Shown here piece by piece: positions 1 to 12,445 of a stretch of DNA of 64,000 nucleotides. The notes beneath the pieces were generated by a model that searched no databases, had not been told where the DNA came from, and saw only the letters and a list, made by a program, of their open reading frames with translations. The translations under genes and the position numbers were made by a program. Every line of letters starts with the position of its first letter. Position 1 is the first letter of the stretch. The stretch is from Dipteris shenzhenensis (Eukaryota). The stretch lies in NCBI GenBank assembly GCA_047967505.1, contig CM106538.1; one strand, written 5' to 3'.

Positions 1-199
1 ACAAGAGTGCATGTCCACACAGGAGCACTGGCTCTGATTTGTGAGCTGCACAGGTCTCTAGACACATGGAAGACATATTAGGGCATGTAGTTCCAATCAA
101 ATTGATTAGGATATGAATTTATTTGTTAAAAAGGCTAGTAAAACCGGTTCTTTTTTTGTTAAAAACAATGAAAATGTGAGTATTGGAAGGTAATTGGAG

Positions 200-790
200 C
201 TATTTGTCTTCGAACATTGGCAACCGTGTTGGGAATTGGTATGTGATGTAGAAGAGGTCATGATTAGACTAGTACGCTTGCGTTGTTCCAAGAAGTTGCT
301 CATCAAAGGTGCATCTGTCCAAATGTGAACAATTTGAGACGCATAAATTGTTGTGGAGGTTTTGTTCACTAATAGCAGATGATTTTCTTCCATGACAATT
401 TGTATCTGCAGGTGCTTTTGAGAAGTTTGTAGCATATTGATGTTGAAATCTCCCTGCATGAAAGTTGGATAGAGTGATGGCCTTTGGTGCAACACACGTG
501 CGATTTGTTCTAGGAAACTCTGGATGTTGCATGCTTCGATACGGTATACTGCCACTATAAACATCGCTTGCCTCGGGTTTGGTCAAAAGTGAGCCATGAT
601 TGTTTCAAGGCCAGCCATTGTAAATGTTTTGTGAAACCAAAGAAAGCCTGCATTTGTACAAAAGTGATGTACCCATTCCTACAAATGCTATAATAGTAGC
701 AAATGTTTCTTTGTTGGTATAATCCTCAGAATGCAGGTGTAAAGAGCAAGTATTTAAGGTTTGTATAATGGTATGTGTTCGGCTCCAATT
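200..790 (-). pseudogene. C-terminal endonuclease/exonuclease/phosphatase (AP-like) domain of the transposase
   Basis: TLNTCSL, IVAVYR, GDFNINM, TT..ASQI.HIWT and a terminal Y*SNH (SDH-like) motif directly downstream of helicase motif VI. Confidence 0.8.
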
Positions 791-859
791 TTTGAGACAA
801 GGGATGTCAAACTGCCAAGCTATAGTTGTAAGGAGTCTTTCCATTTCAGCAGCCACAAT

Positions 860-2200
860 TACATCCACATGGAAATGTTTGCTCTCTAAGGGTTTGAGGA
901 GGTAAAGGTTTTCTTTAGAATGTACTCTAAAGAGTGCAGTATATGTGATGCCGTGTTGTAGGCGGCATGTAGGATCAAAACACAATGTTTCTAGTGTTAA
1001 GCCCTATGCACGGTGGACGGTTCTTGCTGAAGCTGGTTGAACTGGGAATTGCGTTCATGAAATGACATAGTTGCTATTGCTCCCTATTTGTATTTCCTTT
1101 GTGATTGGCAATGTTGCAGTCCAGGATTAGTCAATATGATCTTCGTATAAGTGCCGAGTTTGCTAACATGTGCATGCTCCGACATTGGGGCTAGAGAATT
1201 GCACCCACATAAATACGTTTGAGTTGGACATTGTTACAGCCTTGAAGTGGCCATCGGCCCCATTCACAAGACTATCAGCTGTGTTGTAGTTCCCTGCACA
1301 TAGCTCGACAACGATATTTGGTTTTAGCTTATTTCTTTGTGTAAGCTGGCAGTTTTGCTCGGATCATTCGGTAAGGAAAGAGTGCCGGGCAATTGCCATG
1401 TCTATTATCCACTGCTTGGAAAGTGTAAATGTTACCGGCTATATGGCAAAACACCGTTTCATTATTTGTTTGTGCAAAATAGATGAGGTATCGTCAAGTC
1501 TAGTGGTGGCTTATGGTAACATACTGAATTGATTGTGTCAATGTCTTGTTGACTTTGTTGTTCGTCTGGAATTTCTTCAAGATGTTAGTGAACATTAAAT
1601 CATTTTGGCGCATGATAGTGTTGAGTTGGTAAACTTGATCCGTTCTTTCTAAAAAATTTGCTTTAAATGGTTTCAATGTTGGAATACCCACTTGTCACGA
1701 ATAGGGGGTAATCGGTATAAGTCTCCTATTTTTATGATGTCTAGGCCCCCGAACGGGATGTTGTGAATGTGCTTGATGGTGCATAATCACTTATCCACAA
1801 AGTTAAGTATGCATTTCCCAATGAGCGATACCTCATCCATGATAATAGTTTGAAGGTCCAAGTATTGTTTTGTGAGCCTGTGTAGCTTGTCAGCTACCAA
1901 TTTAGGCAAGTTTTTATAGTTTATTGGTATGTTCAACATAGAATGAAGAGTAGCACCGTTCATATGGCAAGCGGCCCTTCCTGTGTAAGCCATTTTTAGT
2001 ATTTTCATAGTCAATGGGTTGGAGGTAGAACCTTTATTACATAGACACAGTAGCTCCTAGGGTAAAGAGCGTGTATGAGTGTTGTCTTGCCTGTTCCAAC
2101 TCCTCCAGCCAAGAATATGTAAATTGGCTCATCTGGTCTATTTTTCTTTTTCCACATTATGTCATCAAACATGCGCCTTTGTTCTACATTCAAACGTTGT
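860..2200 (-). pseudogene. PIF1-family SF1 helicase domain of the transposase
   Basis: Walker A GGVGTGKT, AYTGRAA/GATLHS, Walker B IIMDEVS, PFGG..GD, LNTIMRQ, GLVNG, QFP...TVHRA*GLTL, YTALFRV. Confidence 0.93.
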
Positions 2201-3049
2201 ACTTGGGAGTAATGCTCTTTTGTGGAGATTAATCCTGCTGGTGGATCTAGATATTGGTAAGTGTCAGCACATTATCTTTTCTTATCGTTTCTTGTTTCTA
2301 TAGAAGGAATGTCAATTGGTTGTTCTTTGACACAATCGTAATGAGTCACGTCCACCATATCAGATGAGTCTAGCAAAATAGTGTTCTTGAATATTTCAGC
2401 CCATACATTATCATTTGCTTTCATAGCCATCTCATACACTTGTTGCTTGAAGTTTGACCAAGCCTCCACATTTTGATCATCTGCATCTATCCGAAAATTG
2501 GATTTTTTGTGGACGTCATCAATTTGATGGTTGTGTTTGATGTAAGCATCTTGCCATGTTTCATGTGGTCATTTCAAGGTTTCTTTTGATTCACAGTAAG
2601 GAATGTAGAGCATCAACTATTCTCTATAATAGTTATTTGGGACTTGATGCTGATCGAAATGTGTGAACCTAATCACCTACAATTTCTTCAACTTTTTGTA
2701 TGTTAACCTGTTGTATTCCGATACAAATTCGGCAAGTGAAATTAGCTTGAGACTTGCTGGTCATGTGGTGTAGTGATCTGCAATTGAAGCGCACATGATG
2801 TCGGTCAAGTCATCACGTAATGTTTGTAAGACTTTATTAGGTTTTAGCATAGCTGCACGCTGCTACAATGGTGTCATATTTATGGACTACACTGTATGAG
2901 AAGCGTGGTGCATCACTGTGAAAGGATTACGTAGATTGCTTGCTATGCCGAATCTGTTGCAAGTTTAAAAATGCAGCTCCCATTTTCTTGATTCATTTAA
3001 CCATGTCATCGTTGTCTTGGTTTGATTTCTTTATTATATCGTTAAATGC

Positions 3050-4470
3050 TCTAGTGATTGTGTTGTCCACCTTTGTGAGGTGCAAAGTGCAATATGCAGC
3101 CGCTACATATGGGTCTAATATGACCTAAGTGTTAGTGTTGACATCCCATAACCGTGCTAGCAACATTGCAAATGGGTTTGTCCAAGCATCTGATGGCTTC
3201 CTCTGAAGAAAGAGCATTGGCCGCTTTAAATTTGCTCGCAAACACAACATATATTCTTTCTTGGTTAGTCTTAATTTATTTAAAAATTTTGTGAAACTGT
3301 GCAATGAAGCAAAGGTCAAGTCGTTTAGCTCCCTCCCTATACATGCTTGCAAGGTTAGATTTGACATGCAAGGAGTTATCGTGGAGAGGTTCCAAGATTG
3401 TTGTTTCAACCATTGCTGGTATTGGAGAATGAAACCTACAAATCGCCTTGCCTTTTTTTTGGCATGTGCATGTGTGTCTATGGCATTGTGCTAATTGCAA
3501 TGACTCGGGGAGCAATAACAGATCACAAGATATGTATTGATCCACAAAGCGTGTTACAACATCGCTTGATTTACCATCAAAAATAGGGTCCCCTTCCACC
3601 CAAAGCAGGGCATGATCATGCTCGCTACCACGGTTTTGAAATTCGGTCACAAATTAGAAATCTGTGATCTTCCTGAAAAATTGTGTATCAGCCTTCAAAA
3701 GCTTTCTCAAGGCTTTCATTCGGTGATCATAATACCGTGTGCAAGTGACGGGGTCATCACGGACCAGCTCGTGTGTTGCAAGCTGGGTTTTATTACCGTT
3801 GTGCTCAATTGACCGCAACTCTCTTAGTTCATCCAACAACGCTGACCAATTGCTCTCTCCACTTGTAAACATCACAAAGAATGTCGATGGGCTTAGTTGG
3901 TGAACCATTGCAAACAATATTTTCTACTGGTGTTGCAAGTAGTGCGGAGATGTTTGGATGCTTTCAAGTTCTCAGTAACCAATATCTAATGTCAAGAGTA
4001 CATCTAAGTTGGGTCTAGTTTTGACATCCTTAGTAGTTATAAGCCTACCATTCAACTATGCATTTCGCATACGAATCCACACTGAACTAGCAACAAAGTG
4101 TATTAAGATCTTTACTGCTTTGAAGAAAAGGTTTTGGATGTGAGTTGCAAAGCGTCAGTCCCTGTGCAAGATCTCCCACTGGGCAACTTTTTGGTAGCTA
4201 AGCATATTGAGCATATGCTCATACCTTGGCTGACCAAAGAACAGCATTGGGTAGTTTAGCTCCTCGCAATGCTTGTCTCTATATATACCCATTGGCTTTT
4301 GGTTTTCGCTTAGAACAATCGCTGTGATGGTTGAGATTGTATCAAGAATCTTGGCTGTGTCGACATATCCATGTACTAGTGTGTCTGTGAAGGGGTCCGC
4401 CTCTTGTTCTGGAGTCATACTTTCATCTATAAAGCAAGCGTCGCTATTGTGTTGTGCATTCATCCTAAGC
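3050..4470 (-). pseudogene. Rep (HUH rolling-circle initiator) domain of the transposase
   Basis: Motif 1 QLSPSTFFVMFTS, motif 2 EFQNRGSEHDHALLW, motif 3 ILDPYVAAAYC..L.K; also QCHRHTCTC.KKGK.ICRF. Confidence 0.93.
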
Positions 4471-5634
4471 TAGAAATATGGAAGCCACAGTTATGAGATT
4501 GAGACACCCTCTTGCTTGTACAAGGGTGTTTCAACGAGCCTTTTTAATGCTTTCATTACTAGATTGGGGTGAACATTACCAGTAGTGTATGGAGTTTGGT
4601 ACTCTAGTTTTCACTTTATTGCGACTCTGATTGTCATGCTATCATCTAGCTATCTCACAGAAGCACGGTTTGAATGCTCTCTAAGTTAGTTGCAACGTTT
4701 ATGATACTCCCTTTTAGCAAATACTGGCCAAAGTGTAAAGTCATATTTGAAGGTTGCCCGTGGTGCAACAAGCCTTTTTTCAAGTTTAATAAGTAGCTGT
4801 ACTTGTTCAATTGGGATATTTAATCTCATATTCATGGGCAACGCAAAAGTAGGCACTTGGACACACTCAACTTGTCGCTTATAGCCAGCTAGAACAGATA
4901 GAACTACGGGTTGCTCTGATACGGTCCTCATATGTGGCTATAGTCTCTACTAGCAGCGCAATGATTTCTTCAGTTACTTCTTTGATCTGGTATTTGAATA
5001 GTAACCTTTCACAACAATAGCAAGGATGTGTAGGAGTGTCTAAGATGAGCGATAGAAATTTATCGGTTGGCCCGCTACGCTTTCATTTGCTCGTCCCTTT
5101 GTGTGTTTGGTCATAGAATCTGTTTTCAAGATACTGGAGATGACAAACTATTTGGGCTACTATTTTCCCTTCCACCTGCTACTATTCCAACATAATCCTT
5201 GCTAATTGGGTCCTTGCTGATGAAGGCATGGCTTCTGCAAGCAATAAGATTTCTTTGTCGGATGTATCAGGCCATTTTCTAGAATGAGTTTGTGGTTGTT
5301 GTTCATTAGTAGGTTCGAGTACAGTTTCTACTAGAACCTTAGTAAACTGGTGTTTTCTTCTAAGGTACCATATGTGAGCCATCACCTTCTCTAGAGGAGA
5401 GTTTTTTTTGTCATTAAATTTTATGTAGTTCTCGACGATCATTCTTACCATTTGATTAGGCATAGTGCTCATGATGAGTTGTATTGCCTCGTTATCTTTC
5501 TTTAACCAAAGATGCCGTATCTTTCTAGTGCCTGTGCTGTGCATGTTAGCTTAACAAATCATCTCGTTGTGTGTAGTTTTTCCACATTCACAATGCGGAT
5601 TTAAGTGTCATACTGAAGGTGCGTTAGCTAGTTG

Positions 5635-7625
5635 AACAACTGGCTCAAAGTGTGGTGCATCCATTGGACCATCATGGTAAAGAATTTGTAGTGGTTCTGT
5701 TTCTAATGCATCGTCGCATTTTATATAAACCTTTCTTCCAAATAGTGACCATACATAAATTGGCCCGCTGCAAGTACTTAGAAGCCCAATAAATAGCAAA
5801 ATAGTCCCCCCAGAGTCCACTCTCTGATGCAGGTCTACTCATGCGTGCTAGGTATTCTTCGCAACTTTGCATGCCATGGAAATCATGCAGAAAGCTACGT
5901 GTTAGAAAATTATCCAAGAAGTCTTTAGCATTTGTGTAGTCCATGGTCAGAGAATACATAAATTGGTTTACTATTGCAACTTGAATTTCTTTGGTTGGTG
6001 AGTTTGTATTTAGCAAGTATTTTATTGTGTCAAATAAGTAGTCACCGGGTGCACAGGCATAGTCTGCAGCATGCGCTAAGTTTTTCTCGTACAGTACAGC
6101 ATCTATTAGATCAGTGTCTACTCATACACCTCATACAGGAGAGCATGCAGTTTTGGTAGCGAGTCTTGTTTAGATTTTGGATGGCTTGCTTGGATTCTCT
6201 ACGATAGATGGTGTATCAATGTGCACTATAGGTTCTATGTGACCCACATGTGATGGGCGATCATCATAAAGGATATGTAAAGGCGTGGCATTGAAATTCA
6301 TGCCATGTCTTATATAAACTTGTTTTGTAGTGACCATATGTAGATTGGTTTTTGTAAGAATAATGATGCCCAAAGAATAGCAAATTGATCCCCCAAAGTC
6401 CCCCCTGTGCTGCTGCCTTGCTCATCTGCTCTAAATATTCATCATAGGTTTGGACATCGTGCAAATCATGGAGAAAATTTGTAGAGAGAGAAGTGTGTAA
6501 GCACCTCATAGCTTGCTCCTCTCCATTCTGCAAGCTTGTGAGAAACTGTTGAATTACTACCACTCGGATTCCGGCAGATGTCAATTCTATATCAACCAGA
6601 TACTTCATTCTATCAAATAAGCAATCACCAGGGGTGTATTTGTAATTTCTTTCATGACGTAGTTGTTGACATTGCAAAACAATGTCAATTGAGTGCTGAG
6701 TTTCAATATTTGGTGCAAGATCTATTGCAGTTGTTACTGCGAGAACCACGACTTCATCATCAGATTGAGTTACAACCAGTGTAGCACGCGTTGCTACTGC
6801 GAGTTTGTTCTCATCTTGCCTTATAGCAGGGACATGTTGACTAAACCAACGTTGGATATAGGAGGTTTTTCAATAATTGGCTCAAAGTGGGGGGAGTGTG
6901 CAAGACCGTCATCATATAAGATCCGTAATGGGGTTGACACACCTCTGCCACATTCCATACATATCTTTCCGGTTGTAGATGACCACAATTGTATTGGTCT
7001 TTAAAGGAATTTTAAAAGCCACACAATAGCAAATCCATCTCCAGAAAGACCACTGTATGATACTGGAACACTCATACGTGTAAGGTATTCATCGTGTGTT
7101 TCAACTTTGTGCTACTCACGTATGAAGCTCAAATCTAAATGTATTGAAGCAATCTATTGCTTGCTGATCGTTGCTGTGCAAGTGTAAAACAAATTTTTCA
7201 ATGGTTCTAGTTCGAAGTTGTTCGGAGGTCATTATGTTTTCCAACAAGTACACCTCCTTCGCCACATTCCATACATATCTTTTTGGTTTAGATGACCACA
7301 CTTGTATTGGTCTTTGAAGGAATTTTAAAAGCCACAGAATAGCAAATCCATCTCCAAAAAGACCACCGTATGGTAGTGGAACACTCATACATGTAAGGTA
7401 TTCATCGTGTGTTTCAACTTTGTGCTACTCACATATGAAGCTCAAATCTAAATATGTATTGAAGCAATCTATTGCTTGCTGATTGTTGATGTGCAAGTGT
7501 AAAACAAATTTTTCAATGGTTCTAGTTCGGAGTTGTTCGGAGGTCATTATGTTTTCCAACAAGTATGCAATCGCACCGAATAAATAGTCACTTGTTGTAT
7601 AGTCATAATGCCTAACATGGCTCAA
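5635..7625 (-). pseudogene. Three tandem OTU-like cysteine protease domains (~5635-6075, ~6225-6660, ~6870-7625) at the N-terminus of the transposase
   Basis: Each repeat has a (P/S)GD(C/Y)LF motif (YTTSDYLFG, YTPGDCLFD, APGDYLFD), a GL(W/F)GD..AI motif and ILY.D...H(F/I)EP. Confidence 0.75.
6940..7565. repeat. ~312-bp tandem duplication inside the first OTU-like domain
   Basis: ~6940-7250 and ~7251-7565 are highly similar; both encode LLENIMTSEQLRTRTIEKFVLHLH. Confidence 0.9.
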
Positions 7626-8147
7626 GTTCTATTTGTGTAAGATGTTATCAAATGTTTTGTTTTAATCCATTCTTGTTATTCTGAACACCGGGCTTATCTT
7701 TTCCTTTTGTTTTTTTATATAAAAAGAATCGAGTGGGTTTATACTAAGCCTTCTAAAAGGCTTGCATAATTGGAAAATTTTTAAAATACAATGAGAAGCA
7801 CTAAAACATTGAAAACTCTTATAACAATAGTTCCTAGACTAGTAGTTCCATACAAAGTTTAGATGGCAATCTTTTCTTTTTTGCGTCTATTCAGTAAACA
7901 GGATTCTTTTACTGGCAAGCATGAAGCTCGTTAGGTAGGCGTAAAGCCCATTCGACAGGTGTAAAGCCCTTTTGCGAGGCAATCAACGCTTTCAGAAAAT
8001 CTTTTTTTTGCTATCTTTTTTTTCCCAATAATAGAAAAACAGAACAGCCAATTGGAAAACAGGTACTTGGAAAATGGCTTTTTCTTTCCAGGAAAATGGC
8101 TTTTTTCTGGCAAATAAGTTTTGAATAATAGTTTTTTTTTCTCGTGC

Positions 8148-9400
8148 TAGGGAGCACCCTTAGTAGCAAAATTGTTCTCGGTATCTAAATTGCGCATCGG
8201 ATGTTCGTCTTCGAGATCTATTATTGGTGTGTATGAAACCAGTACATTGCCAGACATTAGCTCAAATTCTCCCACAGTTTGCAGCTTACTAATGTCAATT
8301 CACTGCAAATCTGCACAAGGATCAGCGTTTTAGTAAATGGGACAGTGATCGATAATAACAATTAGGGTTAAAAACCACATGTACTATACTATGCATCGCT
8401 CACCAAGTCAACGTTACTCTCTTGGTCTTGGTAATGTTCGAATACTTCTATGAGCCTCTTTATGGTGTCCTTATCGGTTGCTGGCGCTACTATTGAGTAG
8501 GCAGCAAACTGTAGCTGCTTCCTAGTGGTATATCTTCTAGTTATTGCGTTCTTAATCACATATATAGCGGGACAGCCTTGATTTAATGCACACATCTCAT
8601 CCTTGATGTGCTCATGTTCATTGTAGAATGCCAGCTATAAAAAGAAGGCAAAGAATGCACGACAATAATAATGTTAGTAATCGCACTGATTGGAATTGGA
8701 AAATAGGCATGACAACAACAAGGCTACTTACAATTGAGTAGTCATCTGGACCCATTCCATCAGCCACCTTTAAGAAAGAATTTGAGAATCTTTCGCTCGT
8801 ATGTATTCTAGTGTCTTCCAAAACCACAACTGCAATGTCGCCAGTTGGATGTGTTTCCAAACTCTGTAACAACTGTGCTATGGTACTATTATTATAGAAA
8901 TTCAATTGGATTATAGGGATTGGCAATACTGTGGTGATAATTGTACTCACTGTCACTTTTAATGTCAACTCAGAATCCCCTCTCTCAAATTCTAGCCTTT
9001 TCTTCGAAATCCAAAAGTTCTTGATTCTCACGTAGTTACCAGGCTTGATTATTTCCTCGTGTTTTTCAATCAACTCTTTGTCAAGCTGTAGTGTGATCAT
9101 CGTGAGACCACCTATATCAGTCAAGTCCGCTCTTATGTTTGGGTAGGATGAGCTTCTCTTCCTCTTATATGTGCCGTAACGGTTCAAAATCAACCCCTCA
9201 AAAAGAATCTTTTGCATGTTTGGAATCATATCCTTTATCATTACCACTTGCAACTTAGATGTGCCTTTTCTCTATGCCTTATTACTACTTGTGATAGCAT
9301 GATTGTTTTCTATCCTTACGTTGGATGCCTTGCTGGTTGAAGTTTGCAAAGGTTCCTTCTCAGCACTAGTTCTTGGTCTTTTATTTGATGTAGTCGACAT
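8148..9400 (-). pseudogene. RPA70/DUF223-like OB-fold ssDNA-binding protein gene, intron-containing, one premature stop
   Basis: ATG at 9400 (MSTTSNKRPR) is in frame with ORF 8618-9253 apart from a TAG at ~9275. LTDIGG.TMITLQL..ELIEKHEEIIKPGNYVRIKNF resembles an RPA1 OB fold. GTAAGT donor ~8731, TTTTATAG acceptor ~8636, GTGAGC donor ~8403. Confidence 0.65.
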
Positions 9401-9552
9401 TTTTCTTTAGTGCTTCACCTACAATATAATAAATTCGAGGGTGGGCATTTTATTTAAAAAAATAGCCTCAATGAATGCACCTTTATCCTAGAGATGCGAT
9501 TTAAAAAAACAGGGTTTTAAAGGCTCTGTTATGACTTGGGACATTTTGTTAG

Positions 9553-9748
9553 GTAGTGCTTTAACAACATTGTGAAGCAATGTAGTGCTTTAACGACACA
9601 GCGAAGCACTGTAGTGCTTTAATGACATAATGTAGTGCTTTAACAACATAGTGAAGCATAGTGCTTTAACGACATAGCGAAGCACTATAGTGCTTTAATA
9701 ACACAGTGAAGTACTGTAGTGCTTTAACGACATATCGAAGCATTGTAG
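9553..9748. repeat. Minisatellite, ~7 copies of a ~29-bp unit containing the palindrome AAGCACT(GT/AT)AGTGCTT
   Basis: Unit TGTAGTGCTTTAACGACATAGCGAAGCAC read directly; perfect 16-bp palindrome AAGCACTATAGTGCTT at ~9680-9695. Confidence 0.92.
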
Positions 9749-9904
9749 GTCTGACAATGTATAAAAAGAAGAGTAAAATTAAAGCATCATTAACTGCAAA
9801 CATTCGTTGGGAGCATGTATAAGCAAAATATATAGTTTGAAGGTACAGTACTCCAAACAATCAAATGATGTAACAGTAGCAACAACTAAATTAGAATGTC
9901 TTTA

Positions 9905-11037
9905 ATCATAAATTAAGCTGAGCCTATTACAGAGCTCCATGCCTTGCTCATCGCCATTGTCCCTACAAATAGTAGCACCCAGTGCATTATTGCCACCTAT
10001 TTGCTTCAGCTGTGCCTTTCCCAAGGAAAGCATATCGACCAATGGACTCATGTACAGGTAACGTTGTCAATGCATGGTCCCATTGACTAATTTTGAAACA
10101 AGTTCAATCGACTTTGGGTAGATGCCACATTTCTAGAGGCCATTAAGAGGCCGTGTAAGTAGCAGTCTGTTTTATTAATTGCAACCTCCTCATGTAAACC
10201 ACACAATCAACGAAAAACACCCCCAACCAATGTACAAGAATAGCCAAACAACGAATGGCATGACATTGGGTCTCCTAACCACGAAATGCCGCTATGTATT
10301 TCTACAGTTGTAGTAGACCCATCATATGTCAATCCAAGTTTACTTGTTTCCGTTTTGGATAAAGGATTGCATGGTGTGTAATAACCTAGTGTTTTATTGT
10401 AGGCACATCCTTAAATCTCATAAGTAAAAAGGCATAATATAGTAAATCAGGCCTACATAGGAAACCCAACCGTGTCAGCTTCTCCAACGTAGCTATATAA
10501 TGTTTACTTTTTACACTGTCCAGATCCAAAGACCGAACAAAGGCTTCTATGTCATCATTGGGCGTGTCTACCTTCATTAGACCATCGCATTGTAATGTTC
10601 AAGAACTTGTGTGAGTTTTTGTAATCTCTCAACCCTTCAATTTGGTTTTTGAGTTGATGTCGGAGCTCATACAACTGTTCGATTGTTGTGGCTATTAAAT
10701 AACACACAGATTTGACAATTAGGATACTGACAACTGAACCGCTCCTCCTCCTAGTATAAAGATTTTTTATAGTTGGACTCTTGATGAAGCCGTCATGCAA
10801 TAAGAAATCTTTGAAAGATGCCCCTTTAGGGGCCTTGACTAAGCACGTGACTATTTTATGCAGAGTGGATAGAGCAATCAATAGTTGAATAAATGCCAAC
10901 TTGTTTTGCATCCTTGTGTTATCAAAAAAGTCCCTGGCAATCCGTTTCCTTGAAGTTGAGTAGAATGCTAATTCTTTTAGACTAGCCATGGCACTTGCAG
11001 CTACAAACAAAAAGCGTATGCTCCCTTTAATGGGCAT
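9905..11037 (-). pseudogene. Decayed coding region of unknown function, co-oriented with the Helentron genes
   Basis: Overlapping frameshifted ORFs 10555-11037 and 10386-10577, with further coding-like segments ending ..ELCNRLSLIYD* at ~9905. Confidence 0.4.
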
Positions 11038-11127
11038 AGGAATATAACTTAGCTAGTGCGATAACTATGGATAGGATCACCGTCCTTTCAACTTGAAAGA
11101 AGATAAAATTCATATATCTATTGTGAC

Positions 11128-11172
11128 GTGTGTGTGTGAGTGTGTGAGTGCGTGTGTGTGTGTGTGTGTGCG
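11128..11172. repeat. (GT)n microsatellite
   Basis: Direct reading. Confidence 0.95.
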
Positions 11173-11523
11173 TGGACAAAACCCCAAAACAGATCTCGCT
11201 ATAAGCTTACAAAGGCAAGAAAGCAACGTTATCATATTACACAATGAGCATCCAAAGAGCTGCAACATCATATATGAGAGACGCTTAGTCATGCCTTTCT
11301 CTCATTCTCTCCTTTTTTTTAAAATGAGCCCAATAGAATAGACCAAGGTAACAATGGTAAACAATCACATGTAAAAGTTTAAGCAGGGACACAATGCAAT
11401 GTGCTTCTTTTACTGATCGAATACAGCTAATAGGAATAATCTCTTGTGATGACCCTCTTATTTGTTGAGTGTGTGCAATAGAATGGAACAAGGTAGCTAT
11501 GGTAAAACATCATACGTAAAAAA

Positions 11524-12445
11524 TTAAAGCTTGGCTACATTGCAATCAACTTCTGCAATGGGCCACATACAATGACTAGGATCGATGCCTCGAGAGGAAA
11601 ACAAGTGACAAGCAACATCCAGAGACATTCGCCTATTAGGATCCTCCTTAAGCATGCCTATTGAGACGTGCTTAATTAGCCTAATATTGGTTGTCCAGTG
11701 ACTATGGCGCGATGAAACATTAACTTGTGGCACATTGTCCTGTACATAGTAACTACATTTACAAAGCCCTGACAGTATTCAACCTAGTGAAAATATATCC
11801 GTTACAGCTGTCCAAGGTCATTTGGTTTTATCGTCAAAAACTTCAAGCACCAACCACTGTTTACCAGCAAAGGTTTTTCTATCCACTTGTATTCTTTTTT
11901 TGTATTCATAATTTGTTTCTTTCAACTGCCTAGGCAACAAGTTTTCATTAAATATTTTCCCACATGTCACATGGCCCCAATCGCAAATGCCAACCCGCAC
12001 CCGCCCTTCTGTTGTATAATCTAGTAAAACATTCCTACTATGTAAATCATTATGAATCCAACTCTGCTCATGCAAAGCTTGCAACCCTAGGCAAAGAGCA
12101 TAGGCAAGCTCTGGTATGAAGGTCACAGTTTGTTGGCCAGAGTGTAGTTGGTTTATAGCACAGCTGAGCACTTACACACCATGTAAAATAACTCATATAA
12201 TGTGTCTCCATTAAAATAAGGCATAAATACCCAATGTGGAGGACCCATCGTCAAAGCAACTGCTTGTACCAACACACTGTGTTTTAGTTGCAAAGATCCT
12301 TCTTTCAGAGACTTTGTGAACTTCATTTCTGCAGTGCCCTTAAAAGATTTGGCTACAAAATGCTTGCTTGGATCTAGACTTATGACTCCTTGTATCCTAG
12401 CCAAAACAATATCACCCTCACTCCCGGAACCAATCCTTTTATCTC
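11524..12445 (-). pseudogene. Protein kinase domain (Ser/Thr or TKL-like), frameshifted, with stops
   Basis: IGSGSEGDIV (G-loop), FVAKSF, VFMPYFNGDTL, IHNDLHSRNVLL, ICDWG, WLVLEV (APE-like), TDIFSLG, DPNRR. Confidence 0.88.

Larger units (their letters stand above)
200..7670 (-). pseudogene. Helentron-type RepHel transposase pseudogene (OTU-like x3 - Zn motif - Rep/HUH - PIF1 helicase - AP endonuclease), many stops and frameshifts
   Basis: Ordered minus-strand motifs: PCYCCERLLF (~5010); LEKRLVAPRATF; EELNYPMLFFGQ; QLSPSTFFVMFTSGE; EFQNRGSEHDHALLW (HUH); ILDPYVAAAY; GGVGTGKT; AYTGRAA..GATLHS; MDEVS; PFGGL..GDL; MRQ; LVNG; QFP; YTAL.RV; GDFN; SNH. Likely ATG at 7670, stop at ~200-202. Confidence 0.92.

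Noticed and set aside
1-200. Canonical Helitron 3' end (hairpin plus CTRR)
   Set aside because: No convincing GC-rich hairpin before a CTRR; the terminus may lie outside the window.
9905-10400. Tyrosine recombinase motifs (CHSLF.., ..QRY) in the unknown gene
   Set aside because: No HxxR motif and the pieces are in different frames; the resemblance is too weak.
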